Part shown: in pieces, positions 8,760-18,908 of the stretch
Position numbering within the stretch: position 1 is the first letter of the stretch
Layout of the letters: every line of letters begins with the position of its first letter
Source of the DNA: Candidatus Hydrogenedentota bacterium
Lineage (GTDB): Bacteria > Hydrogenedentota > Hydrogenedentia > Hydrogenedentales > SLHB01
DNA: 64,000 nt
Direction: 5' to 3'
Assembly: GCA_036789645.1 (NCBI GenBank)
Contig: DAIQLC010000002.1
Location: forward strand, 22,398-86,397
Made by a program: the position numbers and the translations under genes
The notes under the pieces: model-generated
Database searches by the model: none
What the model was told of the DNA's origin: nothing
Seen by the model: only the letters and a program-made list of their open reading frames with translations

Positions 8760-10058
8760 CTATTCCCCGGCGGGCGGCATCCCCTGGAGGTTGGCAAAGA
8801 CCACGTTGCGGATGTTCTGTTCACCGGATTCGAAGGTGATGGGCGGTCCCTCGGCGTCATATTTGATGACGTTGGAGACGATGGATTCGGACAGCGAACC
8901 GGCAATGAGCACCGTGTGCTGCGACCGGCTCATGATGTTGCTGATGACGATGCGGCAGGTATCGCCCAGGGGGGTAACGCCGCCCCAGCGCGGATTGCTG
9001 TCGCCGATTTTGATCGCGGCGCGGCCGGGCTTCGCGGAACCCGACGTGTCGATGAGTCCGTCGAGAAGTACGTCGTGTATCCGGAGTCCGCTGGCATTGA
9101 GGAAGCGCACGATATGATGGCCGCCCGCGCAATACCCGCGGATGTTTCGAATGGTGATGTTGCGAATGTCGTCCAGGCCGTCTCCGCGGTTGATGGCGGC
9201 GCTGACCATGGTCGATTCGGTGGAACCGGCGGTGCTGTCGGTCCTGAGAATGTTCGTGAGCGCCAGGAGATCGTCGCCGGTGTATCCGGTGAGGTTTTCG
9301 ATGAGAATGTTGTGGCATCCCTGGCGCAGATCGAGTCCGTCCTGGTTGAGGACGGTTTCCGTCTTGCCGTCAATGGTCCTGTGCCCCGTGGAGGCGAAGT
9401 CGATATCGCGGATTTTTCCGTAGGCGCAGCGCTCGAGTGAAATGGCCCAGGCGTGGGAGTCGACGAGCCGGAGGTTTTCGAGGCTGAACTGCTCGACACA
9501 GGCCATGAGGATGCCGATGTTGCGCCAATCGCCGGTCTGGCTTTCGTTCTGGACGCCGGCGTCGGTGCCGTAGGTGCGTTCGCCGAGGGTCTTTGCGCTG
9601 TCGCCCGTGGCGCGGGGGTGGTCGGCGCCTTCGAGCACCGCGGTGCCAATGCCGCGAATGGACACGTTCGAGATCGGGGCGATTTCCGTGATGCCCAGGC
9701 CGCAGTTCGCGCTGCGGATGATGTTGTCGCGACAGCGATCCGAGAGTTTGATACGGCAGTTCTCGAGATCGAGGGTGGTTCCGCTCTGGACGAGGATCGC
9801 CGAATCGAGCAGCCAGATGTCCCGGGGACCGTCCGCGGCGTGATTGGTTTTCGGGATGACAACGCGCCGGCCGGAGGCGGCTCCGGCCGCGATGGCCTGG
9901 TTGATGCGCTCGGAGTCCGCCCCCTGAAATGCGTTCGGGGTGACGGGCTCGCACGTCGACGATGCGGCATCCTCCGCCACGGCCGGCTGTCCGGCCAGGG
10001 AACAGAGCAGGACCGCCAGAAGGATTGCGGATAGCGGTGTACGGCGTGAAAGTAACAT
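8760..10058 (-). CDS. Right-handed beta-helix glycoside hydrolase, GH28 / pectate-lyase-superfamily-like, secreted.
   Basis: GH28-like motifs NQDGLDL, TGDDLLAL and NITIRNIRG. Signal peptide MLLSRRTPLSAILLAVLLCSLAG. ATG at 10058; an alternative ATG exists at 10085. Confidence 0.75.
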   Translation of the reverse strand: MLLSRRTPLSAILLAVLLCSLAGQPAVAEDAASSTCEPVTPNAFQGADSERINQAIAAGAASGRRVVIPKTNHAADGPRDIWLLDSAILVQSGTTLDLENCRIKLSDRCRDNIIRSANCGLGITEIAPISNVSIRGIGTAVLEGADHPRATGDSAKTLGERTYGTDAGVQNESQTGDWRNIGILMACVEQFSLENLRLVDSHAWAISLERCAYGKIRDIDFASTGHRTIDGKTETVLNQDGLDLRQGCHNILIENLTGYTGDDLLALTNILRTDSTAGSTESTMVSAAINRGDGLDDIRNITIRNIRGYCAGGHHIVRFLNASGLRIHDVLLDGLIDTSGSAKPGRAAIKIGDSNPRWGGVTPLGDTCRIVISNIMSRSQHTVLIAGSLSESIVSNVIKYDAEGPPITFESGEQNIRNVVFANLQGMPPAGE

Positions 10059-10150
10059 GACACAATCCCCGTGGTCAGTGGTCATCCGGCCGCCTCACGG
10101 GCGCTCCGGTTCGTTATCCCTCGGAGTATAGAAGCGCGCGCCGTCCCGCA

Positions 10151-13100
10151 TCAACGCGCGCCCGGCATCGCGTGGGACTCGGGCGGTTGCAGCGTGATGC
10201 GTGCGCGCACCGGGGCCATGAGCGGTCCCGCGCAGCCGAAGGCGACGGCGTGTTCGCCTTCAGGCAGCTCGAAGGTCTCGACCGGCGCGTCGGAGAGCGC
10301 CGGGCCCTCCAGCGGGAGTCCGTACTGCCGCAAGGGTTCGCCGGGCCAGAGGATGACGTATTGGCCCTCGCTGAGGGTTCCCGGGCACTCGATCCGGCGG
10401 CCGTCGATCTCGACCCAGGGATTCGCCAGGGTGCGGGGATCGAGAACCGGCAGGGCCTTGATGTCGTCGATGGCGCAGGACACGGACGTCTGGGCGGGCA
10501 GGCCGTTGTAGTAGAAGTTGATGCGGCGGACCTGCGCATAATCGATGGGATCCGGTTCCGGCCGGGCCAGTTGATGGTACCGCCAACCGGTGTAATTGTT
10601 GGCGATGTAGAAATCGGCGGCCCGGGCGCCGTCGAGCAACTGGAGTTTGAAGCTGCCGCCGTTGCCGTCGCCCCGCAACCAGAACCCAATGGCCCGGTGC
10701 TTCGAGAGGTCGAGCGGCGGTGTAAACGGCTTGCCGATGACGGTCCAGCCGGCGTCGGCGTCCAGGCTGCTTTGGGCCGAATACACGGCGTAGCTGGCGC
10801 CCTCCCGGGAACCGTCCGTGGAGAGTGCGAATTGCTGTGTGACGCCTTCGAGCGTCGAGCCGGCTTCTCCGTGCGCGATTGTGGTCACGCCCGCGGCGGC
10901 GCCGGGGAGATAGGGAGCGAGATCATCGAACGTCTCCAGGGTCACGGCATCGGGGGCGCTCCAGGACGGTCCGGGGGCGGTCCACGGTCCCGGCAGCGCA
11001 TGGATCTGAATGCCCACGCGGGCGGGGCCCACCGGTACGCGAACCCGCCATTGCGCGCTCTCCGGAACGGCCCCGTTTACCTCCTGCCAGGGCGTGTACA
11101 CGACGCGCTGAAACACTTCCTCGCCTTCGCGGCCCAGCAGGCGGTATTCGCGGCGGATATCGAGGAGTTTCGCGCGCTCCTCGGGCGATTTCTCGCCGGC
11201 GAGGGCCGGATCGATGCGCAACCGTTCGCGCATGTCGGCCGGAACGCGTCCCGAGAGGCGGAGCCGCTCATACCGGGAGATACAGTCAAGAATGTCGCCC
11301 GTGAACGGGTGTTTTCGCGCGGCATCGAGCGATACCTGGAACGACATCGACGAGTCGTACCCGATGGTGGCGCCGAGGACGTATTCGTACATGTCGAGGG
11401 TGCAGTTGGGGTCGTACCCGTAATACCAGCCGATGTCGAGCGGCATGGCGTTGCGTTTGAACGCATCCAGCCAGCCCGACCGCTCGTCGAGATAGCCTTT
11501 GAGATCGCCGTGGCCGTCGGCGGACGCGCTGCGGGCGAGAATGTGCCACGAATAATGGCTGAAGCTGCTGGCCTGAAGCAGAATGTCTTTTCGGGCGAGC
11601 TTGTCGAAGAAGGTCTTGTGGAGCTTGGCATTGTAATACCAGTGGTCGCCCTGGAGACGCTCGGAGCCGTCGAAGTAGATCATGTCGATGTCGCACGCAT
11701 TGGCTACACGGGCGAAATGGGTGGAGACCTCGTCGATGAGGGTGGTGTCCATATCGTACATGTGATACCCGTAGGCGCGCCGGATGTGCGTGATGGCCGC
11801 GCCCCGGGCGTGGGGCGCGGGAGCGGTGCCGAGATGGCCGCGCGTACAGCCTGCGAATCCCGTGGGGGCCTCCAGGCTGAGCGTCCGGTAGCGGAGAAGC
11901 TCGTTGTCGATCTGAATCACGGCGCCGTCGCCGGTGTACCCGCCGTCCTCCGCGGGAAAGCCCTCCGGCGGGGCGGGCGTTGGAACAAAGTCCGTCGTGT
12001 CGTCGATGTCGGCGGCGAGCTGGATGGACGGCCCCTTCACCAGCCTCGGATCGGGCACGGGGGTCAGGTAGGGGTCCGGGGGATAGATCGAGGCGCCGAG
12101 CATGTGGAACCCGACGTGAAATCCCGCATCCTTGAGGCGTTGCACGGTGTCGACAAGGGCATCGAGACCGCCGGGAAAACTGTCGGTGTTGACCTCGAAG
12201 TGGCCGGTGGCCCGCGTCCAGGAGTCCTGGAGAATGAGAATCATGTCGAATCCGCCGCGCCGTGCCATGGCGATGACGTCATCGGTCTGGGACGCATCGA
12301 ATCGGGTGATGAAGAGGTACGATCGTTTGATCCAGGGCGAGCGCTTGTTCCAGACGCCGTCGGGATGGGGACTGGGCAGGTTCGCGGCGATTTCGAACCG
12401 CTCCATGGTGTCGAGAAACTCCTGTTGCGAGCAGACGAGGAGGCCGAAGCGCGCGGGGAGGAGCCCGTGCCCGGCGAGGGTCTCGAGGTTGAGGGTCTGG
12501 GTCTTCGCGCACCAGAACAGGGAGTCCGGACGCTCAAAATCTTCGAGCAGGATGGCCTCCTGGTTTCCATCGCGCTCCACAATGGCCTCGATATGATCGA
12601 CCATGCACGACACCGATTCGCCGACGGGCAGACTGTTGTAGTAGATGCTGAGCGTGGCGACGTTGTCGTAGCGCAGGGTGTCGAGAGCAGGCGTGTCGAT
12701 CGTGACCTGCTGCCAGCCCTGGAAGGTGATCGGAATGTAGGTGTCGCGGTAGCCGCCGCGCCCGTCATTGAGCTGGATCTTGATCTGTTGGCCTTTGGCA
12801 TCGCCGTGAACCCAGGCGCGGATGGCGGTGCAGCCGGTGAGGTCGAGGGGCCGGGGGAGGTCATGGCCCACAACGCTCCAGCCGCCCGCCTCGGCGCCGG
12901 CCGTGGCGGTGAACCGGGCCGCCGTGGAGCCGACCCTGGCCTCGTCCGTGGGCAGGAACTCGTGGGAACACCCGGCCTTATCGGCGTCGCTGCGGCCGAT
13001 GACTTGCGTGTAGGCGTGCACGTTGATCTCGGCCGCGGACAGGGCGGCCACATGGGTGGGCGTGCTGGCGGCGTTCAACGTCGACATGATCTCGGCGCCT

Positions 13101-13501
13101 TCGGGCACGGGTAGCGAAAGGAGCTTCAGGCGGGTCGCGCCGGGCGCTTCCAGGCGGGTGACTTCGAATACCAGAAACCCAGCGCCGCGCGTGACGGCCA
13201 TTTCGCAGAGCGCGCCGCCCGGGAAGTGCGCCGTAAGGTGTTCGTTCTGCGCCGTCACGGATTCCGGCAGGAGCAGGCCGCTTTCCGTGTCCAGGCGGAC
13301 GAGCGGCTGGGCGGCAGCGGGCCACGACGCGCCGGGCTCTGCCAGTTCCAGCGTTGCGTAGCCTCTGGCGTCAATCACGAGACGCGCGGTGCCCAGGTCG
13401 AATGTGGCGATCGCCGGTTCTTGCGCCGGAGCGCCCTGATCGAGAAAAAGTGCGAGCATTGCGGTTGCCAGATAAAGAAAGGAGCGCGTTGCCGAAGGCA
13501 T
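10151..13501 (-). CDS. Large secreted multi-domain putative glycoside hydrolase (1116 aa): melibiase-like TIM barrel flanked by two homologous CBM-like beta-sandwich domains.
   Basis: ATG at 13501 with RBS aagggggac. Signal peptide MPSATRSFLYLATAMLALFL. Barrel-like core (GFDMILILQDSW, GFHVGFHMLGASIYPPD). Two internally homologous ~110-aa domains, centred roughly at 12566..12889 and 10454..10789. Confidence 0.75.
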   Translation of the reverse strand: MPSATRSFLYLATAMLALFLDQGAPAQEPAIATFDLGTARLVIDARGYATLELAEPGASWPAAAQPLVRLDTESGLLLPESVTAQNEHLTAHFPGGALCEMAVTRGAGFLVFEVTRLEAPGATRLKLLSLPVPEGAEIMSTLNAASTPTHVAALSAAEINVHAYTQVIGRSDADKAGCSHEFLPTDEARVGSTAARFTATAGAEAGGWSVVGHDLPRPLDLTGCTAIRAWVHGDAKGQQIKIQLNDGRGGYRDTYIPITFQGWQQVTIDTPALDTLRYDNVATLSIYYNSLPVGESVSCMVDHIEAIVERDGNQEAILLEDFERPDSLFWCAKTQTLNLETLAGHGLLPARFGLLVCSQQEFLDTMERFEIAANLPSPHPDGVWNKRSPWIKRSYLFITRFDASQTDDVIAMARRGGFDMILILQDSWTRATGHFEVNTDSFPGGLDALVDTVQRLKDAGFHVGFHMLGASIYPPDPYLTPVPDPRLVKGPSIQLAADIDDTTDFVPTPAPPEGFPAEDGGYTGDGAVIQIDNELLRYRTLSLEAPTGFAGCTRGHLGTAPAPHARGAAITHIRRAYGYHMYDMDTTLIDEVSTHFARVANACDIDMIYFDGSERLQGDHWYYNAKLHKTFFDKLARKDILLQASSFSHYSWHILARSASADGHGDLKGYLDERSGWLDAFKRNAMPLDIGWYYGYDPNCTLDMYEYVLGATIGYDSSMSFQVSLDAARKHPFTGDILDCISRYERLRLSGRVPADMRERLRIDPALAGEKSPEERAKLLDIRREYRLLGREGEEVFQRVVYTPWQEVNGAVPESAQWRVRVPVGPARVGIQIHALPGPWTAPGPSWSAPDAVTLETFDDLAPYLPGAAAGVTTIAHGEAGSTLEGVTQQFALSTDGSREGASYAVYSAQSSLDADAGWTVIGKPFTPPLDLSKHRAIGFWLRGDGNGGSFKLQLLDGARAADFYIANNYTGWRYHQLARPEPDPIDYAQVRRINFYYNGLPAQTSVSCAIDDIKALPVLDPRTLANPWVEIDGRRIECPGTLSEGQYVILWPGEPLRQYGLPLEGPALSDAPVETFELPEGEHAVAFGCAGPLMAPVRARITLQPPESHAMPGAR
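10454..10789 (-). repeat. Intragenic CBM-like domain copy 2 of the 1116-aa protein.
   Basis: DAGWTVIGKPFTPPLDLSKHRAIGFWLRGDGNGGSFKLQLLDG...SVSCAIDDIKA is homologous to copy 1. Confidence 0.6.
12566..12889 (-). repeat. Intragenic CBM-like domain copy 1.
   Basis: AGGWSVVGHDLPRPLDLTGCTAIRAWVHGDAKGQQIKIQLNDG...SVSCMVDHIEA. Confidence 0.6.
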
Positions 13502-13599
13502 TTCAGTCCCCCTTACATGGTTGCCAATTTCCGTGATACGATACGGAATTATCCGCGTAAATAATTGAGGCATAACACGATACGTATCTTGTCAAGAGA

Positions 13600-15924
13600 T
13601 TATTTAAGTATTGTGTCCCCGAAACTCAGGTCGAGGAGCCAGCGGCAGTTGATTACTTTTTCGACGAGATCGAGCGGGAGGTAGAAGTACTGGCACGAGG
13701 GTTCGAACCCGATGCGGGAGTCTTCGCGGGTCAGGGTGAAGAGCTGTCGGGCGAGGTCTATTTCGGATTCGAGGGCCCGGCGGAGTTCGGTCAGGTGCCG
13801 ATCGCGTTGTTCGGGAGCGAGGGCTTCGCCGGAACCGGCGAGGGCGTCGCGCGCCATGACAAAGCGCGCCTGGTTGGCAACCGACTGGAAGTGGATGGCG
13901 GCGGCGCGGGCCAGACGGAGGTCGCCGCCGGCTTCGGCGCGGAGAGGCTCGGGCGTCTTCTGTAATGCGGCTTCGAGTTCGGTGATGCCGGGCTGCCAGC
14001 CCTGTGCGACCTTCTCGAACTGCGCGGCGAACACCTCCGGCGGGTAGGGCCCGCGCCAGCCGTTCAGGTCATCGTAGGGAATGCCCCACATGGTCGCGCT
14101 GTAGCCGGTTGGGGCGGAGAAGAGGGGATTGGCGGGGCCGCATTGAACGGGCGAGGTATACACCACGCTGATGTGAAACGGGTATTCGCGAAACGCGTCG
14201 CTCATGAGGGTCCAGGCCTTGCGCGCGCCGGGCGCGGCATCGGATCCGAACCGTTCGCGGGCAATGTCATCCAGTACGGCATCGGCGCTGGGGGCGGTTG
14301 TCTGGCTCAAGCGGTGCGCGAGCTGGAAATTGGGGGAAGGGAACCCGCCCATGGTCCAGCCGATGAGCATGGCGTCGAGCCGGGCCGCGTCGCGCAGATT
14401 GATGCAGTGTTCGGCGATCAAATCCATGACGGGCAGGTAGGGGACGGTAGCGATTTCGCACGTGTTGTTGAATTGGATTTCCGTGCCGGTTTTCAGGCCG
14501 GTTTCGCGGGCGGTTTTCCAGTGGGCCTGCGAACGCGGGCCGGGACCGACCGCGGAGATCGAGTATTCGCCGACGGTCGATTGGATGCCGCCCCGCTCAA
14601 TGGGCAGATGCCATTCGCTGACGGACATGAGGTAAACGGTCTTGGGGAGGCGGGCGATGATGTCGGGAGCGTCGCCGTGGCCGCGCCAGCCCCAGTCGGA
14701 GATCAGGACGGCGGCGTCCGGATTGCCGCGGTGCACGCCCTCTTCGATGACCTGAACCACCTCGGCGAGAATGTCGCCGTCGGTGCGGTCTTTGCATCGC
14801 TCGCAGGCTGTCCAGGCGCCGTGCGACGCGCAGTTGGTCAGGTTTTCAGACGCCGTGATGGCATAGACCCCGGCCAGTTCCGGCACCTCGCGGAAGATAT
14901 GGGTCAGGGCGCCCCCCATCCAGGCGCGCACGGCGGAGTGGGAGGTGCACAGGGCGGTCAGGTCCCCTTCCTGAACGCCGGCAACCTCGGGATGACTGGC
15001 AAAGAAGGTGGTGGGCATGGCGCGCGGCTCGTTGATGTAGAGGTAGACGCCGATGCCGAAAGTCCTGGCGCGCTGGACCAGTTCCCGGAGGTTGGCGAGC
15101 CGTCTCGCATGGTTTTCGCCGAATTCCGGAAACGCGTCCCCGCCCGGCGCCAGGTCCCTCAACAGGCCTTGCAGCCACACGCCGTTGATGCCGGCCTGCG
15201 ACAAGCGCGCCAGCAATCCGTCGGGGTAGGGATTCAGCTCGGGGGTCAGCAGCGGATCGCCGTAGACGGCCACGTACGAATAGACCAGCCGCCGCGGGTC
15301 GCTCAGCGCGGCCGCCGGGGGCGGCGGCGTGTAGCCGGGGGGCACGTCCTTGATCTGCCGTACAAAATCGAAGCGCGGCTCGGCGGGAAGCGCAATCTCG
15401 TCGCCAAACACCTCGTGAACCACGGCGCGGATCTCCGCGGCTCTGGCGCGTGCGGCGTCATCCGGTTTCTGGTAACGGACGGGTGGACAGGCCGGTTTGA
15501 GGCGGCCGAGCTTGATCCACAAGAAGTCTTCCTCGCGCAGCGTAAATGCCAGGCGCTCGGGAGTCATCTCGACGAGTTGCAGCAGTTGCTCGTAGGGCAG
15601 GAGATGCCAGTTTCTGCGGATAAGGGTGGCGTACCCGCGTTTCTTCAAGTCGGGAGAGACCGCGGGTTCCGCGGGCAGTCCCATCGATACGGCCATCGCC
15701 GTGATGTCCTCGACCGGCGCTCCGAGCACCTCGGCGAGTTTTGCCGGCTCTACGGCGTTCCAGTTGCGCCACACGAAGGCATGCGCGGTATCGGGGAAGT
15801 GGGCGAACGTTACCGGCGGGGGCGCGTCGCCGTGCGGAAGCGCCGCGTCATCCGTCGCGGCCCAGGCCGCACAGCAGAGGAATGTGGTCAACGCACCCAT
15901 GACACAGGAGAAAGGACTGGACAT
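13600..15924 (-). CDS. Uncharacterised secreted glycoside-hydrolase-like protein (774 aa).
   Basis: ATG at 15924 (MSSPFSCVMGALTTFLCCAAWA, signal peptide). No match to the neighbouring large proteins by eye. The antisense 595-aa ORF 14143..15930 was rejected. Confidence 0.7.
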   Translation of the reverse strand: MSSPFSCVMGALTTFLCCAAWAATDDAALPHGDAPPPVTFAHFPDTAHAFVWRNWNAVEPAKLAEVLGAPVEDITAMAVSMGLPAEPAVSPDLKKRGYATLIRRNWHLLPYEQLLQLVEMTPERLAFTLREEDFLWIKLGRLKPACPPVRYQKPDDAARARAAEIRAVVHEVFGDEIALPAEPRFDFVRQIKDVPPGYTPPPPAAALSDPRRLVYSYVAVYGDPLLTPELNPYPDGLLARLSQAGINGVWLQGLLRDLAPGGDAFPEFGENHARRLANLRELVQRARTFGIGVYLYINEPRAMPTTFFASHPEVAGVQEGDLTALCTSHSAVRAWMGGALTHIFREVPELAGVYAITASENLTNCASHGAWTACERCKDRTDGDILAEVVQVIEEGVHRGNPDAAVLISDWGWRGHGDAPDIIARLPKTVYLMSVSEWHLPIERGGIQSTVGEYSISAVGPGPRSQAHWKTARETGLKTGTEIQFNNTCEIATVPYLPVMDLIAEHCINLRDAARLDAMLIGWTMGGFPSPNFQLAHRLSQTTAPSADAVLDDIARERFGSDAAPGARKAWTLMSDAFREYPFHISVVYTSPVQCGPANPLFSAPTGYSATMWGIPYDDLNGWRGPYPPEVFAAQFEKVAQGWQPGITELEAALQKTPEPLRAEAGGDLRLARAAAIHFQSVANQARFVMARDALAGSGEALAPEQRDRHLTELRRALESEIDLARQLFTLTREDSRIGFEPSCQYFYLPLDLVEKVINCRWLLDLSFGDTILK

Positions 15925-16113
15925 GTTTAGAGCATCCTTGCGCCCTGCCGGCCCGGCGTGCGCGGGCACGGCCTGGCGGCGTTCCGGTTGACGACGAGCG
16001 GGCGGCGTTCCCTGTCGCCCGCAGGCAATATGCAGGAACCCGGCGGGACGAATCAATTCCGGCCGCCGGGGACATCCGAAATACTGGAATGCCCCGGTGG
16101 GTGTTCGCGGGCG

Positions 16114-18717
16114 CTACCGCCTCATCAGCCAGGCCTCGGACACGAGGGTGCCCCAGCCGCCGGAATTGCGCCACTGCTCGCGCGACACGCGATCGCCGCG
16201 CGCCACGTCGGCGCCCCGTTCGAACCGGACCACCAGGTCGCCGTCCCGGGTGAGCTCCTGAGGGATGTCCCAGGTGAAGAAATCGCTCATTTTGAAGGGG
16301 AGTTCCACGTTCTCCGCGAGCACGCGGTCGTCCGCATAGATGGTCTGGGCCTTCTGATTCATGCGTCCGGCATACCGCTCCTGATACCAGGGCCGTACGA
16401 AGGTGAATCGAATGCGGTACGCGGCGGCCGGGTCGAGGTTGCGGTAGTGCAGGGTCACGCCCTGGTCTTCGTCCTGGGTGAAGTGCATGGACGCCTGGCT
16501 GGGACGGTTTCCTTCATCGAGCATTTCGTTCAAGTACGGCTGGCCGTGGTCGTACGGGTATCCGAAGACCACATGAGGCGCGTTGTTTCCGGTGCCCAGA
16601 TTGTCGTAAAAGCCGCCTTCGCCGGCATCCTCGTAATTGGTGATCATGGCGAGCATCTCGCGGCGTTCGTCGCCGGACGCGGCGAGGGCGCGTTCAAGCT
16701 GGCGTTTGACCCAGCCCAGCCCGATGTAATCGTGTTCGAGGTTGAACATGCCTTCACTGCGCATGCCAAACCGGGTGTTGCTGATCTCTCCCAGCGCGAA
16801 GGCTTCCTGCCGGAGGGACGCCATGGTCCCGGTTTCGGCAAGGTCGTCGAACCATGCGAGGGCGGTGGTCAGCGCATCGTCCGGCGCCGGCTGCGCGGTG
16901 TCGCGGAGATGGGTCTCGAGCCGCTGCTGCAGCGTTTTCTGCTGGCGCACCCGCTCCTGCGTGTAGCGGTCGACGGCGGCCTTCTGCATGTACATGTGCC
17001 AGACATAATCCTGCTGCCGGCGCCAGGCGGGCATGAGCTCGCCGGCCTGTTTCATGAGGTCGTAGCAGCGTTCCACGCTCTCCTTCCGGTCGATGGGGGT
17101 TCCGGGAATCTCTTCCATCACGTCTTCCAGGAGAAAGAGGGCCTCGGTCATCAACGGAGCGGCTTCAGGACCGAACCATGTGCGGCAATATTCGGCCGTG
17201 ACTTCTTCGGGGGTCTGCCGCGGCGCCCAGAGCAGGCGCTGCCAGAGCCATTGATTGAAATGGTCGTGGTGGCCGCTGCTGTGCGTGACGTCGCCGACGC
17301 CGTAGTGCATAAGATCGTTGAACACGCGGTGGTAGAAGCGGGGCCAGGCGTACCAGGTCTGGCGGGCATAGACTTTTGTGAGCGCCAGATCGGGGCGGCG
17401 TTCGTAGATCTCGTGGCTCCAGTGCGGGGGGAGATCGCCGTTGCGATCCGCCCGGGGGTACATCTGGATATACGCATGCTGCGCGTATTTCCAGTGGGTG
17501 ATCTCGTTGAAGTACACGAGCTGATGCCGCGGAGGCAGTTCGCGCAGGATTTCGCGCGGATACAGGGCGAAGGGGCCATACCCGGGGTAGCGGAACAGGT
17601 CCATGCGGTGGGTCTGCCGGTGCCCGGGCTGCCAGGTGGTCGCGTCGGAGCCTGGACCGTATCCGAAGGCCCACAACCACTCGCGCGGCTCCGACTGGAG
17701 GTAATCGAATATGGCGCGGTCGTCCGCGTCGTCAAATTTCTGGTTTACGATGAAGATGCGCGAGTTGGGGTGGTATTTGCGGACGATTTCCGCCATTTCG
17801 GCCACGGTCTCGATGAAGATCCTGCCATAGGGATCGCACCGGTCGCATTCACAGCCGCCGCCGTCACCGCCCTTGAACCGCACGAGGTCGAAGAAGGGGC
17901 AGGACCGGAACTGTTCTTCACACTGTTCGAGCATGCGTGTCCGCGCCTCGGGAACGGACAAACAGACAAAACCCTCGCGTCCGATGGACTCGGCGGCTTC
18001 CCAGGCCTTGGGAACGGCGCTGTGGGCGATGTTGGCATCGCCGTCCGTCAGCGTCATCAGACCGTAGGACACGATAAAGTCGTACATGGGTCCGGGAGCG
18101 GTCTCAAACGTGTTGGCGCCGGCCAGCGCGTAATTCAGGATAACGCGCTGGGTCTCTTCGGGGGTCCACGGGCGGTTTTTCCCCAGGCTGAGTGCGGTGC
18201 CGCTCTGGCCATACTGCGTGCCGCGGATTTCGAAAGCGGGCGCGGTCCGCACGTGAAGCGCGTCGGGTATGCGGATCGCCCCGTCATCAAAGGTTGCCTG
18301 GCGGAGAATCTCGCCGGCGGCGTAGAGACAGCCGCGATCGTCAATGCCCGCGGCCAGCAGTGTGCCGCCCGGGCCCGATGGAAGCAAGTGGAGTACAAAC
18401 CCCTCCGGTCCCGGGGCGAGGGACGTCAATGGAGGGATGCCCTCAGCCTCCATGGCGTCGCGCAAGGCCGCATGGTGCTCAGGGCGGCCCAGAAGGATGG
18501 TGAGCGTGGCGGTGCCGGAGGCTGCGGTGTTCCCGATCTGCACGGGCGCCATGCCCGGCTCGGCCAGGCGTTCCTGAAGCAGGCGCGCGACGCGCTGCTC
18601 GACGGGGCCGGCCGTCTCCCCCGTCTGGATGGCCACGTCGCGGTACGCCGCGCCCCAGGCGACCGAACCGATAAGAAGACCAACAGCGATGATGGGAATA
18701 ATCCGGCAGCATCTCAT
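16114..18717 (-). CDS. Uncharacterised secreted glycoside-hydrolase-like protein (867 aa).
   Basis: ATG at 18717 (MRCCRIIPIIAVGLLIGSVAWGAAY, signal peptide); alternative ATG at 18747. Motifs CECDRCDPYG and HDHFNQWLWQRLLW; family not recognised. Confidence 0.7.
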   Translation of the reverse strand: MRCCRIIPIIAVGLLIGSVAWGAAYRDVAIQTGETAGPVEQRVARLLQERLAEPGMAPVQIGNTAASGTATLTILLGRPEHHAALRDAMEAEGIPPLTSLAPGPEGFVLHLLPSGPGGTLLAAGIDDRGCLYAAGEILRQATFDDGAIRIPDALHVRTAPAFEIRGTQYGQSGTALSLGKNRPWTPEETQRVILNYALAGANTFETAPGPMYDFIVSYGLMTLTDGDANIAHSAVPKAWEAAESIGREGFVCLSVPEARTRMLEQCEEQFRSCPFFDLVRFKGGDGGGCECDRCDPYGRIFIETVAEMAEIVRKYHPNSRIFIVNQKFDDADDRAIFDYLQSEPREWLWAFGYGPGSDATTWQPGHRQTHRMDLFRYPGYGPFALYPREILRELPPRHQLVYFNEITHWKYAQHAYIQMYPRADRNGDLPPHWSHEIYERRPDLALTKVYARQTWYAWPRFYHRVFNDLMHYGVGDVTHSSGHHDHFNQWLWQRLLWAPRQTPEEVTAEYCRTWFGPEAAPLMTEALFLLEDVMEEIPGTPIDRKESVERCYDLMKQAGELMPAWRRQQDYVWHMYMQKAAVDRYTQERVRQQKTLQQRLETHLRDTAQPAPDDALTTALAWFDDLAETGTMASLRQEAFALGEISNTRFGMRSEGMFNLEHDYIGLGWVKRQLERALAASGDERREMLAMITNYEDAGEGGFYDNLGTGNNAPHVVFGYPYDHGQPYLNEMLDEGNRPSQASMHFTQDEDQGVTLHYRNLDPAAAYRIRFTFVRPWYQERYAGRMNQKAQTIYADDRVLAENVELPFKMSDFFTWDIPQELTRDGDLVVRFERGADVARGDRVSREQWRNSGGWGTLVSEAWLMRR

Positions 18718-18841
18718 GCGAATCACACTCCCGTGTTTTCCCGGCATTCAGACGTGCCGGATAGCCGAATGGAACCGCCCAACGTGGTGAAGAGGAGAGA
18801 CTCGCGAGGGGAGTCGCACCTCAGACAACCATATCACAATC

Positions 18842-18886
18842 GGGGACACGCAGTCGCGCCGATGACGGCGGCCCCTGCGTGTCCCC
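18842..18886 (-). terminator. Stem-loop with 12-bp perfect arms (ggggacacgcag ... ctgcgtgtcccc) downstream of the minus-strand efflux operon.
   Basis: Perfect inverted repeat with a 21-nt loop, 23 nt after the stop of the 18909..19103 gene; a weakly U-rich tail follows on the minus strand. Confidence 0.4.
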
Positions 18887-18908
18887 GAGTTCGAACGGTC
18901 TCTGTGGG

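Noticed and set aside
10172-13114. 980-aa plus-strand ORF
   Set aside because: It is the exact antisense of the 1116-aa secreted enzyme gene, which has a signal peptide, an RBS and internal domain repeats. High GC leaves this frame stop-free, and it has no protein-like features.
13695-13720. tRNA-like T-arm motif ggttcgaaccc
   Set aside because: It lies inside a coding region. No acceptor stem or anticodon arm can be folded around it. No other tRNA-like cloverleaf was found in the intergenic regions.
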